Positions 12,121-25,230 of a stretch of 64,000 nt of DNA are shown one piece after another (position 1 is the first letter of the stretch; every line of letters starts with the position of its first letter). This stretch comes from Eledone cirrhosa (Eukaryota). A program made the translations under genes and the position numbers. The notes under the pieces are model-generated. The model was not told the origin of the DNA. It worked only from the letters and a program-made list of their open reading frames with translations, and did not search any database. Location of the stretch: positions 30,690,001-30,754,000 of the forward strand of contig OZ024752.1 of NCBI GenBank assembly GCA_964016885.1. Reading direction: 5' to 3'.

Positions 12121-12180
12121 GGTGCTCAGGATAATGGCGGTTAGCAGCCCGCCACCTTGTGAGTGTAGTACGCATGCGTG
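12121..12180 (+). promoter_or_regulatory. Candidate CTCF gene promoter (locally GC/CpG-rich; YY1-like and NRF1-like motifs)
   Basis: AATGGCGG at 12133-12140 (YY1-type) and palindromic ACGCATGCGT at 12170-12179 (NRF1-type) in otherwise CpG-poor DNA. Donor-like CA|GTAAGT at 12371/12372. Further CGCCATATT motifs at 11150 and 12873. Confidence 0.5.
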
Positions 12181-12199
12181 AAGGTCTTTTTTCTCTCTC

Positions 12200-12371
12200 T
12201 CCTTGACTATCGTTACTCACACATCAATACTATCATTCCCTCCCCACTGCAATAGTGAAGGGGGCAACACTAACAACTACACATATACTACACATACAAC
12301 CACACTAACAATAACAGTAACCGTACAACAAGGTACACCAACGCCCTCCAGCGAGCACCAAGGAAGACGCA
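12200..12371 (+). other. CTCF: Putative non-coding first exon of CTCF (start approximate)
   Basis: Follows the promoter-like block and ends at the donor ACGCA|GTAAGT. The main coding exon begins at acceptor TTTTTAG|G (17396), 12 nt before the ATG, so an upstream exon is expected. Confidence 0.45.
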
Positions 12372-15300
12372 GTAAGTAAGATAATTTCTAAAAAAATAAA
12401 ACATATAAACAACCATAGAAAACAATTATTAATAAAATAAAAATAGCCAACAACAAAAAAAAGGAAAGTTAGTAAAAAAATATATAACTCCCCCCGAAAC
12501 CCAGAGAAAAATGTTAACAAAATTAAAAAAACTAATGATTAAAGATACTGATTGATAGGAAGTTAAAATTAAAATAACCGTTGTAATTTCTTCAGAGAAA
12601 AGATCAATATCGATGAAACAATTTATATAAGTAGAAATTAATAATGGACATCATAAATAATTTTTTCACAAACGATTTAGTTAATTATTCTCTCAAACAA
12701 CATAACAACTGTATCGACATTCATGGATCATAACGATATATAAATATAATTAAATATTAAATTAAAATCATATATACGCACAGACACGTCTATATATGTA
12801 ATACATTTATGAAGAGATGAGTTGTAAGATAATAATAGGTACATAGGTGGTATATATATATTGTTGAATAACCGCCATATTTCTCACACACGCACACAAT
12901 GAACTGGAGGTTTTAATTTTTTTCCTCGTTTTAACTACTTGGTATAGTTAATAACACTTTGGTTTTTGATGCTGAATCGAAAAGAATTAGAGCTTCATAT
13001 AGCTGAATAATGAACAAACAAGTAGGTATTTTTTCTCCTTGGAATTTTTTCTGGAAATTTACCAACACAGTACAGTAGTTATTTGAGGATAAAACTTACC
13101 ATTGTTCATAAAATAATAAACAATACTGGTAATCAATCGATCTATATATATTATATAGACTGAATGATTACATATATATATATAGATATGTAAAGGTTAA
13201 AACTGATATATATATATATATATATGTGTGTGTTATTGATGGTAGGTAGCAGGAGTAAACCATTACCATTGTTCATAAAATAATAAACAATACTGGTAAT
13301 CAATCTATATATATATATATGTATGTTATATTGATGGCAGGTAGCTAATAAGTGTGTTGTAAGTATGGTACGAGGCCATTGATAAGACGGTTGTGTAAGC
13401 CTACCAACATGGTCGATTCTCGTGACAATATATCTCCCTTCATATCTTCATCATCATCATTGTTGTCTTTCGTATTTCTTATTGTCGTTCTGTTACTTCA
13501 AGCTAAACAGCTCAACCATTTGTAGCTGCTGGTTTCTGTAAATAAGTGTGTCTTTAACAGATGGCGCTCTAAATGTGGTGGGGTTTTAAACTAAGAATGG
13601 AGCTGCTACTGCTACTGTCCTTCCAGTACTGGTGCTGCCGCCTTTCTTTCAAATATATCCATAATAAACATAAACACATCTCTTCCTATCACTTTACACT
13701 TTTTTTTAAAACTTTTACTTTCTATATTTTGATCCCTAATTAAACCCTAAAAAATCTTTTACTATCTATCTTTTGATCCCCCTAAAAACGTTTGCGTGTC
13801 TCATCTCAAACTTATCAGAAATCCTATCAATTTGTTGATCACCCCAGTGATCTTAGCACAAACATACACATGCTACATATATATGTGAATATATACCTAC
13901 ATACACAAGCGTTAAACTAATACATTTCTTCCGTGGTACTGTGCTGTTGTTTTATTTTTGTTATTACTTTTACATACATAAATATATATATACCTACATA
14001 TATATGTGTGTATATATATATATATTTATATGTATGTATATTTATATATATATATATAACGGTATTTTAACTACTCGAATTCAAGCGATGCTAAAGAAGG
14101 AATATAGTACATTACTCGTGTGGATAAATACCTTGATCTAGTCATGTTACTGATTAAGTAACGATATATATAGATAGATATAGGTTCCCGAGTTGTGTCG
14201 GGGAGTAACCACTGTTAAAAAAGGTACTCAATACGTTAATAGAGTATAGGCATCTTTATTATATATATATAGAAATGACCTCTACAGGACTAGAACTGTT
14301 TCATTCGCATGAAACAATCAAGAATGTCCATTAGATATAATTGTGTATGTGTGTTTAGCCCCACATGTATTTGTAATGTAACCATTATGTTTATAATATA
14401 TAATGATTACTATATTATATATGCAATAGCATTCCCTTGAGGCTAATAAAGATATAATTCTCCTTGTCGCCACGTCATGTGCATATAAAGTCTTTCTAAT
14501 TCACTTCTACATCATCTCACGCTATAATAATCACCTTGTTCAAACTTCATCTTCGTCTCCACACTTAGTTTAATTCAATAATCTCCTTATTTTTCTCACT
14601 CTTATTTTCATTAGCAGTCTTATTTAGCGATATATTTATTTATTTTCTCTATCTTAAGAAATAATCTCCGTTGCAAATGTTAATCCTTTCATAGCTTTAT
14701 AAACTTATATTGTTATTAGCTTTAACTTTTAGTTACATAATAAATCAACAAAAACGGTTACATCCGCTTTCACTAAACATTTTGCGTCGTTCTTCGCAAA
14801 ATATTTTTATGTTGAATGAGTTTCTTTATTTTCTATTTTCTTTATTACTTTTTTGTTTAATTCAAATCTTTTTTAAAGTATATTTATTGCTATTGTTGTG
14901 GTAAAGAATGAAACGGTGTCACCTTAAAATAATACCCCCAGAAATCTTTTGTCTAAATTGGGGTCACACCATACACTCTGCATGTTTTTAACGAGATTAT
15001 TTACACAGAAACAAACCTTATTTATAAATTATATATATGTATGCATTACATATATTTACACAATACATAGATTAAACATTAAACGAACTATACTATATTG
15101 TTTTATTAAGTAATCTACGCTGGTTAATTTTGTAGTTTTACTTTGCCAATCATCCGAACCCAAAACACTGCAATTGATTATTTTTAAAGTTGTGTTTATG
15201 TTTTACTGCATTTGAATATAAATATACAGATTTCGTCCGAAAGCCAAACGCAGTATTTTAAATTATGTGGAACAATATTGATTTGTGTATTTAGTGAGAC

Positions 15301-15485
15301 AGGAAAAGCTTAAATTACGTTCGTTCCACTTTAGCTGGTCTTTGTTGAAGACTGGAGTAATAACGGAATCCGAGGCGATGGCTGTCTTACTGATGTGGTT
15401 GATGTTGTTCAACCTTTTAACATCTGTAAGAGAAACGTGGACGGTAATGGTATTAGAGGAAGATATAGTTGTGGGAATCAAGGAT

Positions 15486-15860
15486 TCTTCTTCTTGCCGT
15501 ATGACATATACACAATGGTTAGAGAGACTAAGGCGTCATTTGTAGTATTATGGATTGCCTCCACGCCGCTGAGAAAACATCTGAGGGGGCAATACCGGAC
15601 AACAAGTAGCACTGTCTAGTCAGGGTCTCCACAGTCACATATTGGACTGTTTTGGCATGTGTTGTGCGGATCCGATTAAGGGACACTCTTTGCTTTCTAG
15701 GAAAGTCAAACAAAGCCCGCTGGTTTGGATATGGGGGTCCTGGGCGAAGTCTTGGTTGTCAAATTTGGACTCAAGAATCAAGGATTTGGGAAAGATATTT
15801 AACGTGGGATCAAGGATGTGAGGCGAATGGGACTTGGGGGAGAAGTAATACAATTAACTA
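15486..15860 (-). mobile_element. 3' remnant of a non-LTR retrotransposon (RTE-X/Jockey-like C-terminus)
   Basis: Minus-strand peptide FDFPRKQRVSLNRIRTTHAKT resembles the FDLPRxxWxxLNRIRTGHG motif at RT C-termini. An (AAG)n tail lies at ~15486-15496. Confidence 0.55.
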
Positions 15861-16316
15861 GTTCAGAAAACTTTAGAGATCACTGTAAAGGTAGAGAAGA
15901 AATCGCGCGTCCGTGATTGTTAATTAATCCAGATCAAGCTAAGCCATGATTAAAATCATTCAATCCGTGACATCCCCGTATTTTTTAGGAATGGGCTAGT
16001 GGTTGAGTCTTTTAATTGGTTGTGTGACTTTCGTTTGGATTCAGTATAGGATACTTACGTGTAAGTATTAGCAGCATTCAGGATTGTGATCATTAAAGAA
16101 AAACAATATTGTATATTTATTGTGTCTACAATTCTGATTTCAAAGTATTCTAGATAAATCTAATACTAACGGTTCCCTTTAATTGAAACCTCAGACTCCC
16201 AGTTTCTTCCTTCATTTATATTAAGAGATCAGTTAGAAATATTCCAAATATCAGATTACATTATCATTGAAATTAACTTCTATATTGATTTCATATAATT
16301 ATTACATAATATGTGG

Positions 16317-16915
16317 ATGATAGGATTGGGGATCCTATCATTAAAATACCTGTGAAACTTCCTATAAGATGCAATCTTGTAAGAGACCAGCTAAACCTAC
16401 ATAGGTGTGAGCTGTAACATGATAGGATTGGGGATCCTATCATTAAAATACCTGTGAAACTTCCTATAAGATGCTATCTTGTAAGAGACCAGCTAAACCT
16501 ACATAGGTGTGAGCTGTAACATGATAGGATTGGGGATCCTATCATTAAAATACCTGTGAAACATCCTGTAAGATACAACCTTTTAAGAGGCCAGCTAAAC
16601 CTACATAGGTGTGAGCTGTAACATGATAGGATTGGGGATCCTATCATTAAAATACCTGTGAAACATCCTGTAAGATACAACCTTTTAAGAGGCCAGCTAA
16701 ACCTACATAGGTGTAAGCTGTAACTTCAACAATATGATAGGACTGGGGACCTTAACATTAAAAGACCCAAGAAACCCCCTTTGAGATGTAACCTTGTAAG
16801 AGGCCAGCTAAAACTAACAATATGATAGGACTGAGGACCTTAACATTAAAACACCTGAGAAACCTCCTATGACCTTGTAAGAGGCCAGCTGACACCAATG
16901 CAGGTGTCAGCTGTA
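16317..16915. repeat. 102-bp tandem repeat, 4 near-perfect and 2 degenerate units
   Basis: Unit starts ATGATAGG at 16317, 16419, 16521 and 16623 (period 102), then 16734 and 16822. Confidence 0.95.
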
Positions 16916-17407
16916 AAATTTAATTACAGTATGTTTTCAGCTTATAATTAAAAGATAAATTTTGTTATGAGAACAGGCTATAATAGGTAATACTTCTCCA
17001 AGGATTGAACCTGGAATTACATGTTTGTGAAGCAAACTTTTTAATCATACATCCATGCAGTTGCTCATTGGTTCCTCTTTTATGTCTTCTTTGTTGAGAG
17101 GTCTTTTTAACTTGATTTTGAAATATAAAATTAAGGTTGGTGGATTTGCAGTAATGGGTAGAGCGTCAGACAACATGCTTTGTAGTATATAGTTACAGCT
17201 CTTTATGCCCTGAGTTCAAATCTTGCCGAGATTAACTTTGCTTTTCATTTCTATGAGATCGATAAAATAAAGTACCAGTAATGCACTGGAGTCAATTTAA
17301 TCAACTTTCCCCTCCCACCAAATTGTTAACTTTGTCCCAAAATCAGAAACCATTGTGAAATTGAAAATTTACTTTGTTTAATTTATAATTTTTAGGTAAA
17401 TTCCACC

Positions 17408-19921
17408 ATGGAAGATTCTTCAACTGGTTCTGTCCAGGAAGGAGAAAATCTTAATGATTTGCAACATTATCTAGTGAACTTTAATAAAGAAATTGGAGCT
17501 GATGTACCAACAGAGTTAGATGATACAGCAGTCGATGTGACAAACAGAGAGGAAGATGCTGTTTTTATTTCTACAACTGAAACTACATCTGTTGAAGGTA
17601 CAGAAATTGTTAATATGCAGGAATATTATACGCCACCAACTGCTATTCTAAATGCAGAAACAGAAGCTAATGACCATATATCTTGTGTTGAAACAGTTGA
17701 AGGACATTCTACTATAGAATTAGATCCTGTAGAAGCAGAGATTGTACATAAAATCTCTGATATTGTACAGAATGACCATCTCTCTGCTGTTCATGCTCAG
17801 CTTGCAGAATTATCTGGTAATCAGATTCAAGAATCTGGTTTTATTAATGGCTCTGAAATAACTGCAGAAGCGATAGCAAATAGTGAAAATGAGATTAATC
17901 GAATTATTCGTGTGGTTTCAGTACGTGGAGAGAAACATATGCATATAGAAGAAGCAAGTTTACAAGTGGTGTCTGAGGATTCTTCAAATCAACAAATACT
18001 TTCTTCCGGGGATTTAGGGGTTCAACAAATATCAGTTGATGACAGTGAAATAGTGACAGATGACAATACACAAACTATTATACGTCAAAATATTGACGGC
18101 ACTAACCCTGTGGCTGTTCTTGCCTCTGTTGCAGCTAATACTATGTGTGCTTCCTCTCACTTGCAGACAATGTCTGTTGGCTCATTGCCCACAGAAATCC
18201 ACAATGCACAGTTGGTAGCACTACAGAATTCAGAAGACAGTTCGCAGCCTCAGCTTGTTGCTGTTCAATCTGCAGATGGTGTTACGTCAGAAACATTACA
18301 TGTCATTGACAATTCTCAGGTTACTTCTTCCAACTCCTTCATTTTACCGACATCTGGCACAAATTACCAAACGGTAACTATTATGCCGTCTGATGGTAAT
18401 CGGAATGGGGAATTTAGTTATGTATTTATTGTGTCCCAGGGTGATGGGGATAAAGACTTATCTGTGTATGATTTCAAAGAAGAACCCCGAGAAATCACAG
18501 ACGAAATTATTGAAGAAGGTGGTACCACAAAACGAATTTTGAAAATAACTCCTAAAAAATTGTTCCAAACAAACCCAGCACAGCTAATGTGTCAGTATTG
18601 TAATTATACTAGTCCTAAACGGTATCTACTGACTAGACATATGAAATCACATTCTGAAGACCGACCACACAAATGTGATGTTTGTGGGCGTGGCTTCAAA
18701 ACAATGGCATCATTACAAAACCATCGAAATACTCACACTGGTACCCGACCCCACAAATGTAAGCAGTGTCATGCAGCATTTACCACTTCAGGAGAACTTG
18801 TGCGTCATGTAAGATATCGTCATACGTTTGAAAAACCTCATAAATGTTCTATGTGTGAGTATGCTAGTGTTGAGCTTAGTAAATTAAAGAGACATATGAG
18901 ATCACATACAGGAGAGAGGCCTTATCAATGTCAACACTGTTCATATGCATCACCCGACACTTACAAATTGAAGAGGCACTTACGGATACACACTGGTGAA
19001 AAACCATATGAATGTGACATCTGCCATGCTAAATTTACACAAAGTAACTCTCTCAAAGCTCACAAGCTTATTCATTCTGGCAATAAACCTGTATTTCAAT
19101 GTAACCTCTGCCCTACAACTTGTGGAAGAAAGACTGATCTTAAAATTCACATTCAAAAATTACATACAAGTGAAAAACCTCTTTGTTGTCGTAAATGTGG
19201 GAAAAATTACCTTGATCGGTATTCCTATAAATTACATATAAAAAGTCACGAAGGGGAAAAATGCTTTAAATGTGATCGCTGTGACTATGCAGCTTTATCT
19301 CAGCGCCATTTGGATAACCATTTACTAACTCATTCAGGAGAGAAACCTTTTGAATGTGATGAATGTGACCAATCATTTAGACAGAAACAGCTTCTAAAAC
19401 GACACAAGAACCTTTACCACACACCTAATTATACACCACCAAGGCCTAAAGAAAAAACTCATGAATGTACGGAATGTGATAAAAGTTTTGCCCACAAGGG
19501 TAATTTGATGCGACATCTCTCTTATCACGATTCCGAAGATGAAACAACACCCAAGGAATGTGTAAATAAATTATCTCCTAGTCCTCATGTTCATCTTACA
19601 GCTCAGCAGCTTTTACAAAGCAGTTTATTATCTGATCTTCGGGACAGTAAACTGGGTCCTGGTCGTTTACCTCAAGTGGTTCTTGTCCATCCTGATGGGC
19701 GTGTTGAAGAGGTTACTTCAAAGTTAGAGAAAGTACATGATGCTGAACAGGTTGATACATTTAGTTCACATAACCAAGAAAAGAGTATGGATGATATATT
19801 ATTAGCTATGGAAGTCACTGCTGAAGCTATGAACAATACTGACACTTCAACTTTAAATTCTGAGGGGATTCAAATATTAAATACACCTGATGCTATTAAT
19901 AGAATTACTGAAGTTAGTCAG
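17408..19921 (+). CDS. CTCF: CTCF, main coding exon (N-terminus with YDF motif, 11 C2H2 zinc fingers, start of C-terminus)
   Basis: Acceptor at 17395, Kozak CCACCATGG, 838 codons, donor CAG|GTAAGG at 19921/2. Eleven fingers at 18584-19528 with CTCF-diagnostic helices (FTTSGELVRHVRYRHT, ASVELSKLKRH, ASPDTYKLKRH, FTQSNSLKAH, FRQKQLLKRH). LSVYDFKEE at 18458-18484. Confidence 0.96.
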
Positions 19922-21950
19922 GTAAGGATCATATTTATTTATTCTTTATTTTTTATTCTTTTGTCAAATCAGGAACATATACTGAGATATGTTCCTGATT
20001 TGGTCCTTAAAAAAGGGTCTATTTGATTGAGTAGGTCACTGAGAATGTGATTCCCAGTGTGGGCGCATGCTCTACAGGGGTGGGGTGGAGGACGATTTGA
20101 AAATGATTTTGATGAGAACAAACTTCAGGTTTTACCTTATTACTTTTACACAAAGGCAGCTTTGGTACACATTTCTGTTGAAAACTCCTGTCTCACCTCC
20201 TCCATACTTTATTGGGCATCTGGCACCACGTATATGCCAATTTGTACAAAATTGGGTATAAAACTTAATTTGTTTTCATATCAAAAGGGTGCATAGCAAT
20301 TTTTGAGATGTTGAGATGGGGTATGGTGCACAAAAGGTTGGGAACCATTGGGGTAAAATAAATAGTAATTGATCGATCGATCGACAAGTTCCCAAGCCTC
20401 ACAACTCCTGGCAGAAAGAGCAACGTAAAATAAAGTGTCTTGCTCAAGGACATACTGTATTGTCCAGTCTTCCAGGTTGCAGATTATATATTTTTTTTAT
20501 AGTATTATCTGTTTATATAAATAATGTTGAAGGTTGTTATTAAGCCAAGATTTTGGGTATGTGCTTAATTCATTTCAAAAATCTACTTTCAAACTTTGTA
20601 TGATGTCTTCATTCACCATGTCAGGTTCTTTTGTGTCTATCTCATTGTGTGACTGTTGTGTGATGCCATTGGGTCATGCATTAAGGCTGTCACAGTTAAA
20701 CTTCAGCTGTTGTGTCTTATTGATTGTCTCTTGGGTGGTGGCTTAATTTTAGAATGTATAGTCAAAGAGGTGCACCATAAACATAGTTCTTAAGCATAAA
20801 TAAAAAAATGCTTACTTAGATAGGAATAGAACATAGAATTCCTTCCTTAAATCTCAAAAATCTGGGACAAGATGTGTTGCGATTTGTTCTCCACTTCCAA
20901 CCTTGTCGCTTTGACTTCAAACCTGAATATATCGGTGTATAATAATGATAACTCAGACAAAAAAAAATTATGTGTGTGTATTATATATATATATATATAT
21001 ATATATCAGCATCATTTCAGTATGAACTTAACCCTGTTGGCATGGGTTAACCTTTAGCATTTAAACCGGCCACTCATATTGACGTTATGGTATTGTTCTC
21101 AAAATAAATGACAACATTTCATAGATTCAATATTATGTGAGATAATTATGTAAGATAAAGCCTTTACCACAAAAATATAATAGTATATTTAGAGTAATGT
21201 AAATGCTAAAGGGTTAAACAAGGTATTTTGTGGTAGAGATCAACTGCTGGATGCACTTAATCCTTTTATCAGTTTGTTTTTAAGTAAGATATTTATTCTA
21301 CTGAGCTGCAGTATATAGACAAATGTCACTGGTGGTCCAGGTAGTGTTAATGTATTGACAAGTAGTAAGTGACTGGTTGCTCAGGTAGTGTTAATGTGAT
21401 GACAGGTAGTAATGAAACACACACATCGTCATCATCATTATTCAACCTCCATTTGACCTGTTAGCAACGGTTGGATGGCACCATCACATTTTTTTTTGTC
21501 ATATTTTGTATGTATAAAACCTTTTATATTACATTCTTTACTTACCTTTTTTTTTTAACCTGTAACACCTGAGAGATTTGTAGGGACACCTCATTTATAT
21601 ACAGCATTTCTAGGACATTTTAAAACCTGGCGGGTCTCCTCTCTGGAAGATATATTGTGTTACATATTCATAAATGTGTTAATACAGGACAGAAATATAG
21701 TACAGTTATACCCCGGTATTCACGGAGATCACATTCCTAGAGCACCCACAAAGAGTGAAAAACTGCAAATATTGGATGTGGTCCATAAAAATGCCTATAA
21801 ACGTCAAAACATAATGTAAAATATAGGCTGGTAAATACAGTATATTGTTACTAATAATTCAGCGTTAAAAAGCACGAAAAAATATATATTGCCACAAAAA
21901 AGCAATAAAATATTGCAGAAGATATTTATTAAAGAAAGAGCAATAATAAT

Positions 21951-22133
21951 TGTTTCTACTTTTGGCACAAGGCCAGCAATTACCCAGTGCATTACTGGTA
22001 CTTTATTTTATCGACCCCGTAAGGATGAAAGGCAAAGTTAACCTCGGCGGGATTTGAACTGAGAATGGTACGGGCCGTAACTCTATATTGGAAGGCATGG
22101 CGTCCGACCCTCTACCGATACTGCCAATCCACC
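21951..22133 (-). mobile_element. tRNA-type SINE (family A) with 14-bp target site duplication
   Basis: Flanked by AGAGCAATAATAAT at 21937-21950 and 22134-22147. Box A TGGCAGTATCGG, box B GTTCAAATCC, core GCCTTTCATCCTTACGGGGTCGATAAAATAAAGTACCAG. Confidence 0.9.
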
Positions 22134-22254
22134 AGAGCAATAATAATAATGATTAAACTCAATAAAAATAAAAGGGGCAGCTAAAACCTATGATTCATAG
22201 GTTTTAGCTTCCCCTTTTATTTTTATTGAGTTTAATCATTATTATTATTGCTCT
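22134..22254. repeat. Near-perfect 60-bp-arm palindrome in a CTCF intron
   Basis: Arms 22134-22193 and 22195-22254 around a single T at 22194; one mismatch seen. Confidence 0.95.
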
Positions 22255-23277
22255 TTCTTTATCCACTCATCATACAACATCCTGGTGCATATTTTATGAC
22301 ACTAGCACAGGTGTATGGATATGACGGGGGGGGGGGGGGGGGTAAATGCTAGCAAGTATTGTGTCATGGATGTATAGCAGATAGGAGAGGTGAGAAGGTA
22401 TGTCATGAGTGTGGTGTCAAGTGGTGAGATTTGACAGGGTTGGGGTTAGGTTGTAACAAAATCTTTAAAGATAGATTATAGAATAAGACATTTAGATTTA
22501 AGCAATAATATTATTGTAGATTCTAAGTAATCAACTGTACTTTGGTATGGGTGGAAGCCATTAGTTTGTGAATTTTGTTCACAAGAACAAGACTGACATA
22601 ATTGTTGAGATGTCAGATCTTAGTAAAATAAATAAAATTCAAAAGTAATTGAACCCGGAAGTTCATCAGACCAGTGCTTATCCCAATTTCCATGGCAAGA
22701 AGTGACTGAGAGTAGGACTTGCCCCTGGACAGGACACCAGTCCATCGCAGGGTTAAAGTCTGTCCAGAATCCAGAGGTTCATCAGGCCAGTGCTGATCCC
22801 AGTTTCCATGGCGTGAAGTGACTGAGAGTACAAGACTCCCCCTGGAGAGGATTTCAGTCCATCGCAGGGTTAAACCTCCAGCTATTGCTGCTGGTATTCA
22901 TTTTCAGCTGAGTATACTGGAATAACATGAAATGAAGTGTTTTACTCAAGAACACAGTACGCAACTCAGTCTAAAAATCAAACCCATGATGTTATGATAG
23001 TAAGTCCAACACCCTTACCATTGGGTCATGCGTCTCCACTTTGTTTATTAGTATTATTTAAATATGATCCCAGTAAAATATTAATTATAAAAATACATAG
23101 TGGGTCGAAAGTTATTATTAAACACAAATTAGACTTTAAAATTGCTGCTGACTATGAAGCTGTTATGAAATATGGTTTGCTTTGTTGTGATAAATTTATG
23201 TTTTATAAAATAAATTGATAATAAAATATGTGTTGATTTTAGTTTTTTAGTAACAAATTTTTCTTTAACTGTTTCAG

Positions 23278-23528
23278 ATGAAAGAAGCGAGTACTCAAGC
23301 AGAGCTAGAGTCTGATTTTGATAGTGACTCTGAATCTGACGAAAGTGAGATGGACGCTCATGAATCAATAACCATGGCACAAGACAACTTGTCAGATGCC
23401 TCGCAACATATCTCTAATGGAACTGCTCATATCATTGCACTAAGCACATTATCAAGTGATCTTAATCTGCCTAATAGTATTAAGACTAACTCAACAATAA
23501 CAGTACCAGCAGAGCTTATCCAAGCTAG
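23278..23528 (+). CDS. CTCF: CTCF second coding exon (acidic C-terminal region)
   Basis: Acceptor TTTCAG|ATG in phase 0 with the preceding exon. Encodes MKEASTQAELESDFDSDSESDESEMD... Ends at donor AG|GTAATG (23528/9) or reads through to TAA at 23532. Confidence 0.85.
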
Positions 23529-24918
23529 GTAATGCCATAGCTTACATAACTCAATGATCTTTAGCTGCTGCTATGTCTATATCTATCTCTATTTTTTTAT
23601 CTTTGTTTTTCTATTGAATGAATTCAGACTTGGTGGAAAACCCTTTATATTTAATCATATTTTGTTATCTGCCTCTTCACTTCAATGGAGGATAAAATAA
23701 ATGAACTAAATTTGATAAATCATAGATGTTTTCTGTGTGTGTTATTGAATTTCTCTAAACCCTCCCTATAGGTTTTGATTCGGAATTTTGGGGGAGGATT
23801 ATGTAATATATTAATATATAAATAGATATGTATATAGTGGTTAATATTACATAGTAATATGATATCAGCTATGTACATAGTGGCTGGTGGATTGGCAATA
23901 TCGGTAGAGGGTCGGACACCATGCTTTGCAGCAAAGAGTTACGGCCCTTTATGGTCTGAGTTCAAATCCTGCCGAAGTTAACTTTGCCTTTCATCCTTAT
24001 GGGGGTCGATAAAATAAAGTACCAGTAATACACTGGGATAATTGCTGGCCTTGTGCTAAAAGTAGAAACAATTATATTGTAATATATTAATATATACTTA
24101 GATATGTATATAGTGGTTAGTATTACATAGTAATATGTTATCAACTATATACAGTAATATATTAATATATTATTCAATTGATGTACATAGTTGTTAGTAT
24201 TATATAATGTATTATTAGCTATGTATATCATGGTTAGTATTACTTAGTAATATGTTATTAGTTATGTACTTAGTGGTTAGTATTATATTGTAATATATAT
24301 TATTCAATTGATGTACATAGTGGTTAGTATTATACATTAATGTTATCAGCTATGTGCATCCATTACCACATTTTTACTTCCAAGACATCTGATTTCTATA
24401 AAATTATTTGAAAGGTTTTATGTTATTGAATTGATCTGAACACAATACAATTCAAACAATATTTAAAAACTTAATTTGAAGCCTAGTTTATTATTTTTTT
24501 TTAGCTTAGTTTCTGTTAAATTGATAATACATTATTTAATTTAAGTTACCTAGTATAGAATTAAATTATCTAGAGTTATGCATAAAATCTTTATTTAGTG
24601 TAAATTTATGTAATCATCATTTTCTTTATGTCCATTCTTTCCTCATGATGTCATGGGTTGAAACATTTTTAAAAAAACAGTAAAGTATTTTTTTAGCCTT
24701 GCATAATCTCTTTCTATGAGATCCAATGTTTTGGATTTCAATTTTGCCCATATGTCTTCCCAGGTGTTTGAAAATATTTGGAAATATTTAGTAGGCACTA
24801 AAAATAATGCCTGACACACCAGCTCGAACAAGCTGAACTAATGATGAAGCATCTAACATCTACACACCTCACAGTTCATTCCACCTGATGGATGATGCTT
24901 TATGCTCGCTCTACTGAA

Positions 24919-25230
24919 GGCGCGTGGCTTTTTGGTTAGGGTATTCGGTTCAAGATCAGAAGGTCGTGAGTTCAATACCTAGCGGCACACTGTGTCCTTG
25001 AGCAAGACACTTTATTTCACATTGCTCCAGTCCACTCAGCTGGCAAAAATGAGTTGTCCCTGTGATTCGATGGGTCAGCTTTGTCACATTCTGTGTCATG
25101 CTGAATCTTCCTGAGAACTGTGTTATGGATATGCATGCCTGTGGAATGTTCAGTCACTTACACGTTAATTTCACGAGCAGGCTATTCCGTTGATCGTATC
25201 AATTGGAACATTCGTCATCGTAACCGACAG
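24919..25230 (+). mobile_element. tRNA-type SINE family B, representative copy
   Basis: GGCGCGTGGCTT..TGGTTAGG (box A), GAGTTCAATACC (box B), core GTGTCCTTGAGCAAGACACTTTATTTCACATTGCTCCAG. Related copies at ~1745, 7590, 42295 and 45246; some end in an RTE-like GGACGTTAAACGATGATGAT tail. Confidence 0.85.

Noticed and set aside
19922-20026. Last 34 aa of the 872-aa CTCF ORF (VRIIFIYSLFF...)
   Set aside because: Read-through beyond a strong CAG|GTAAGG donor into T-rich intron; a phase-compatible downstream exon exists at 23278.
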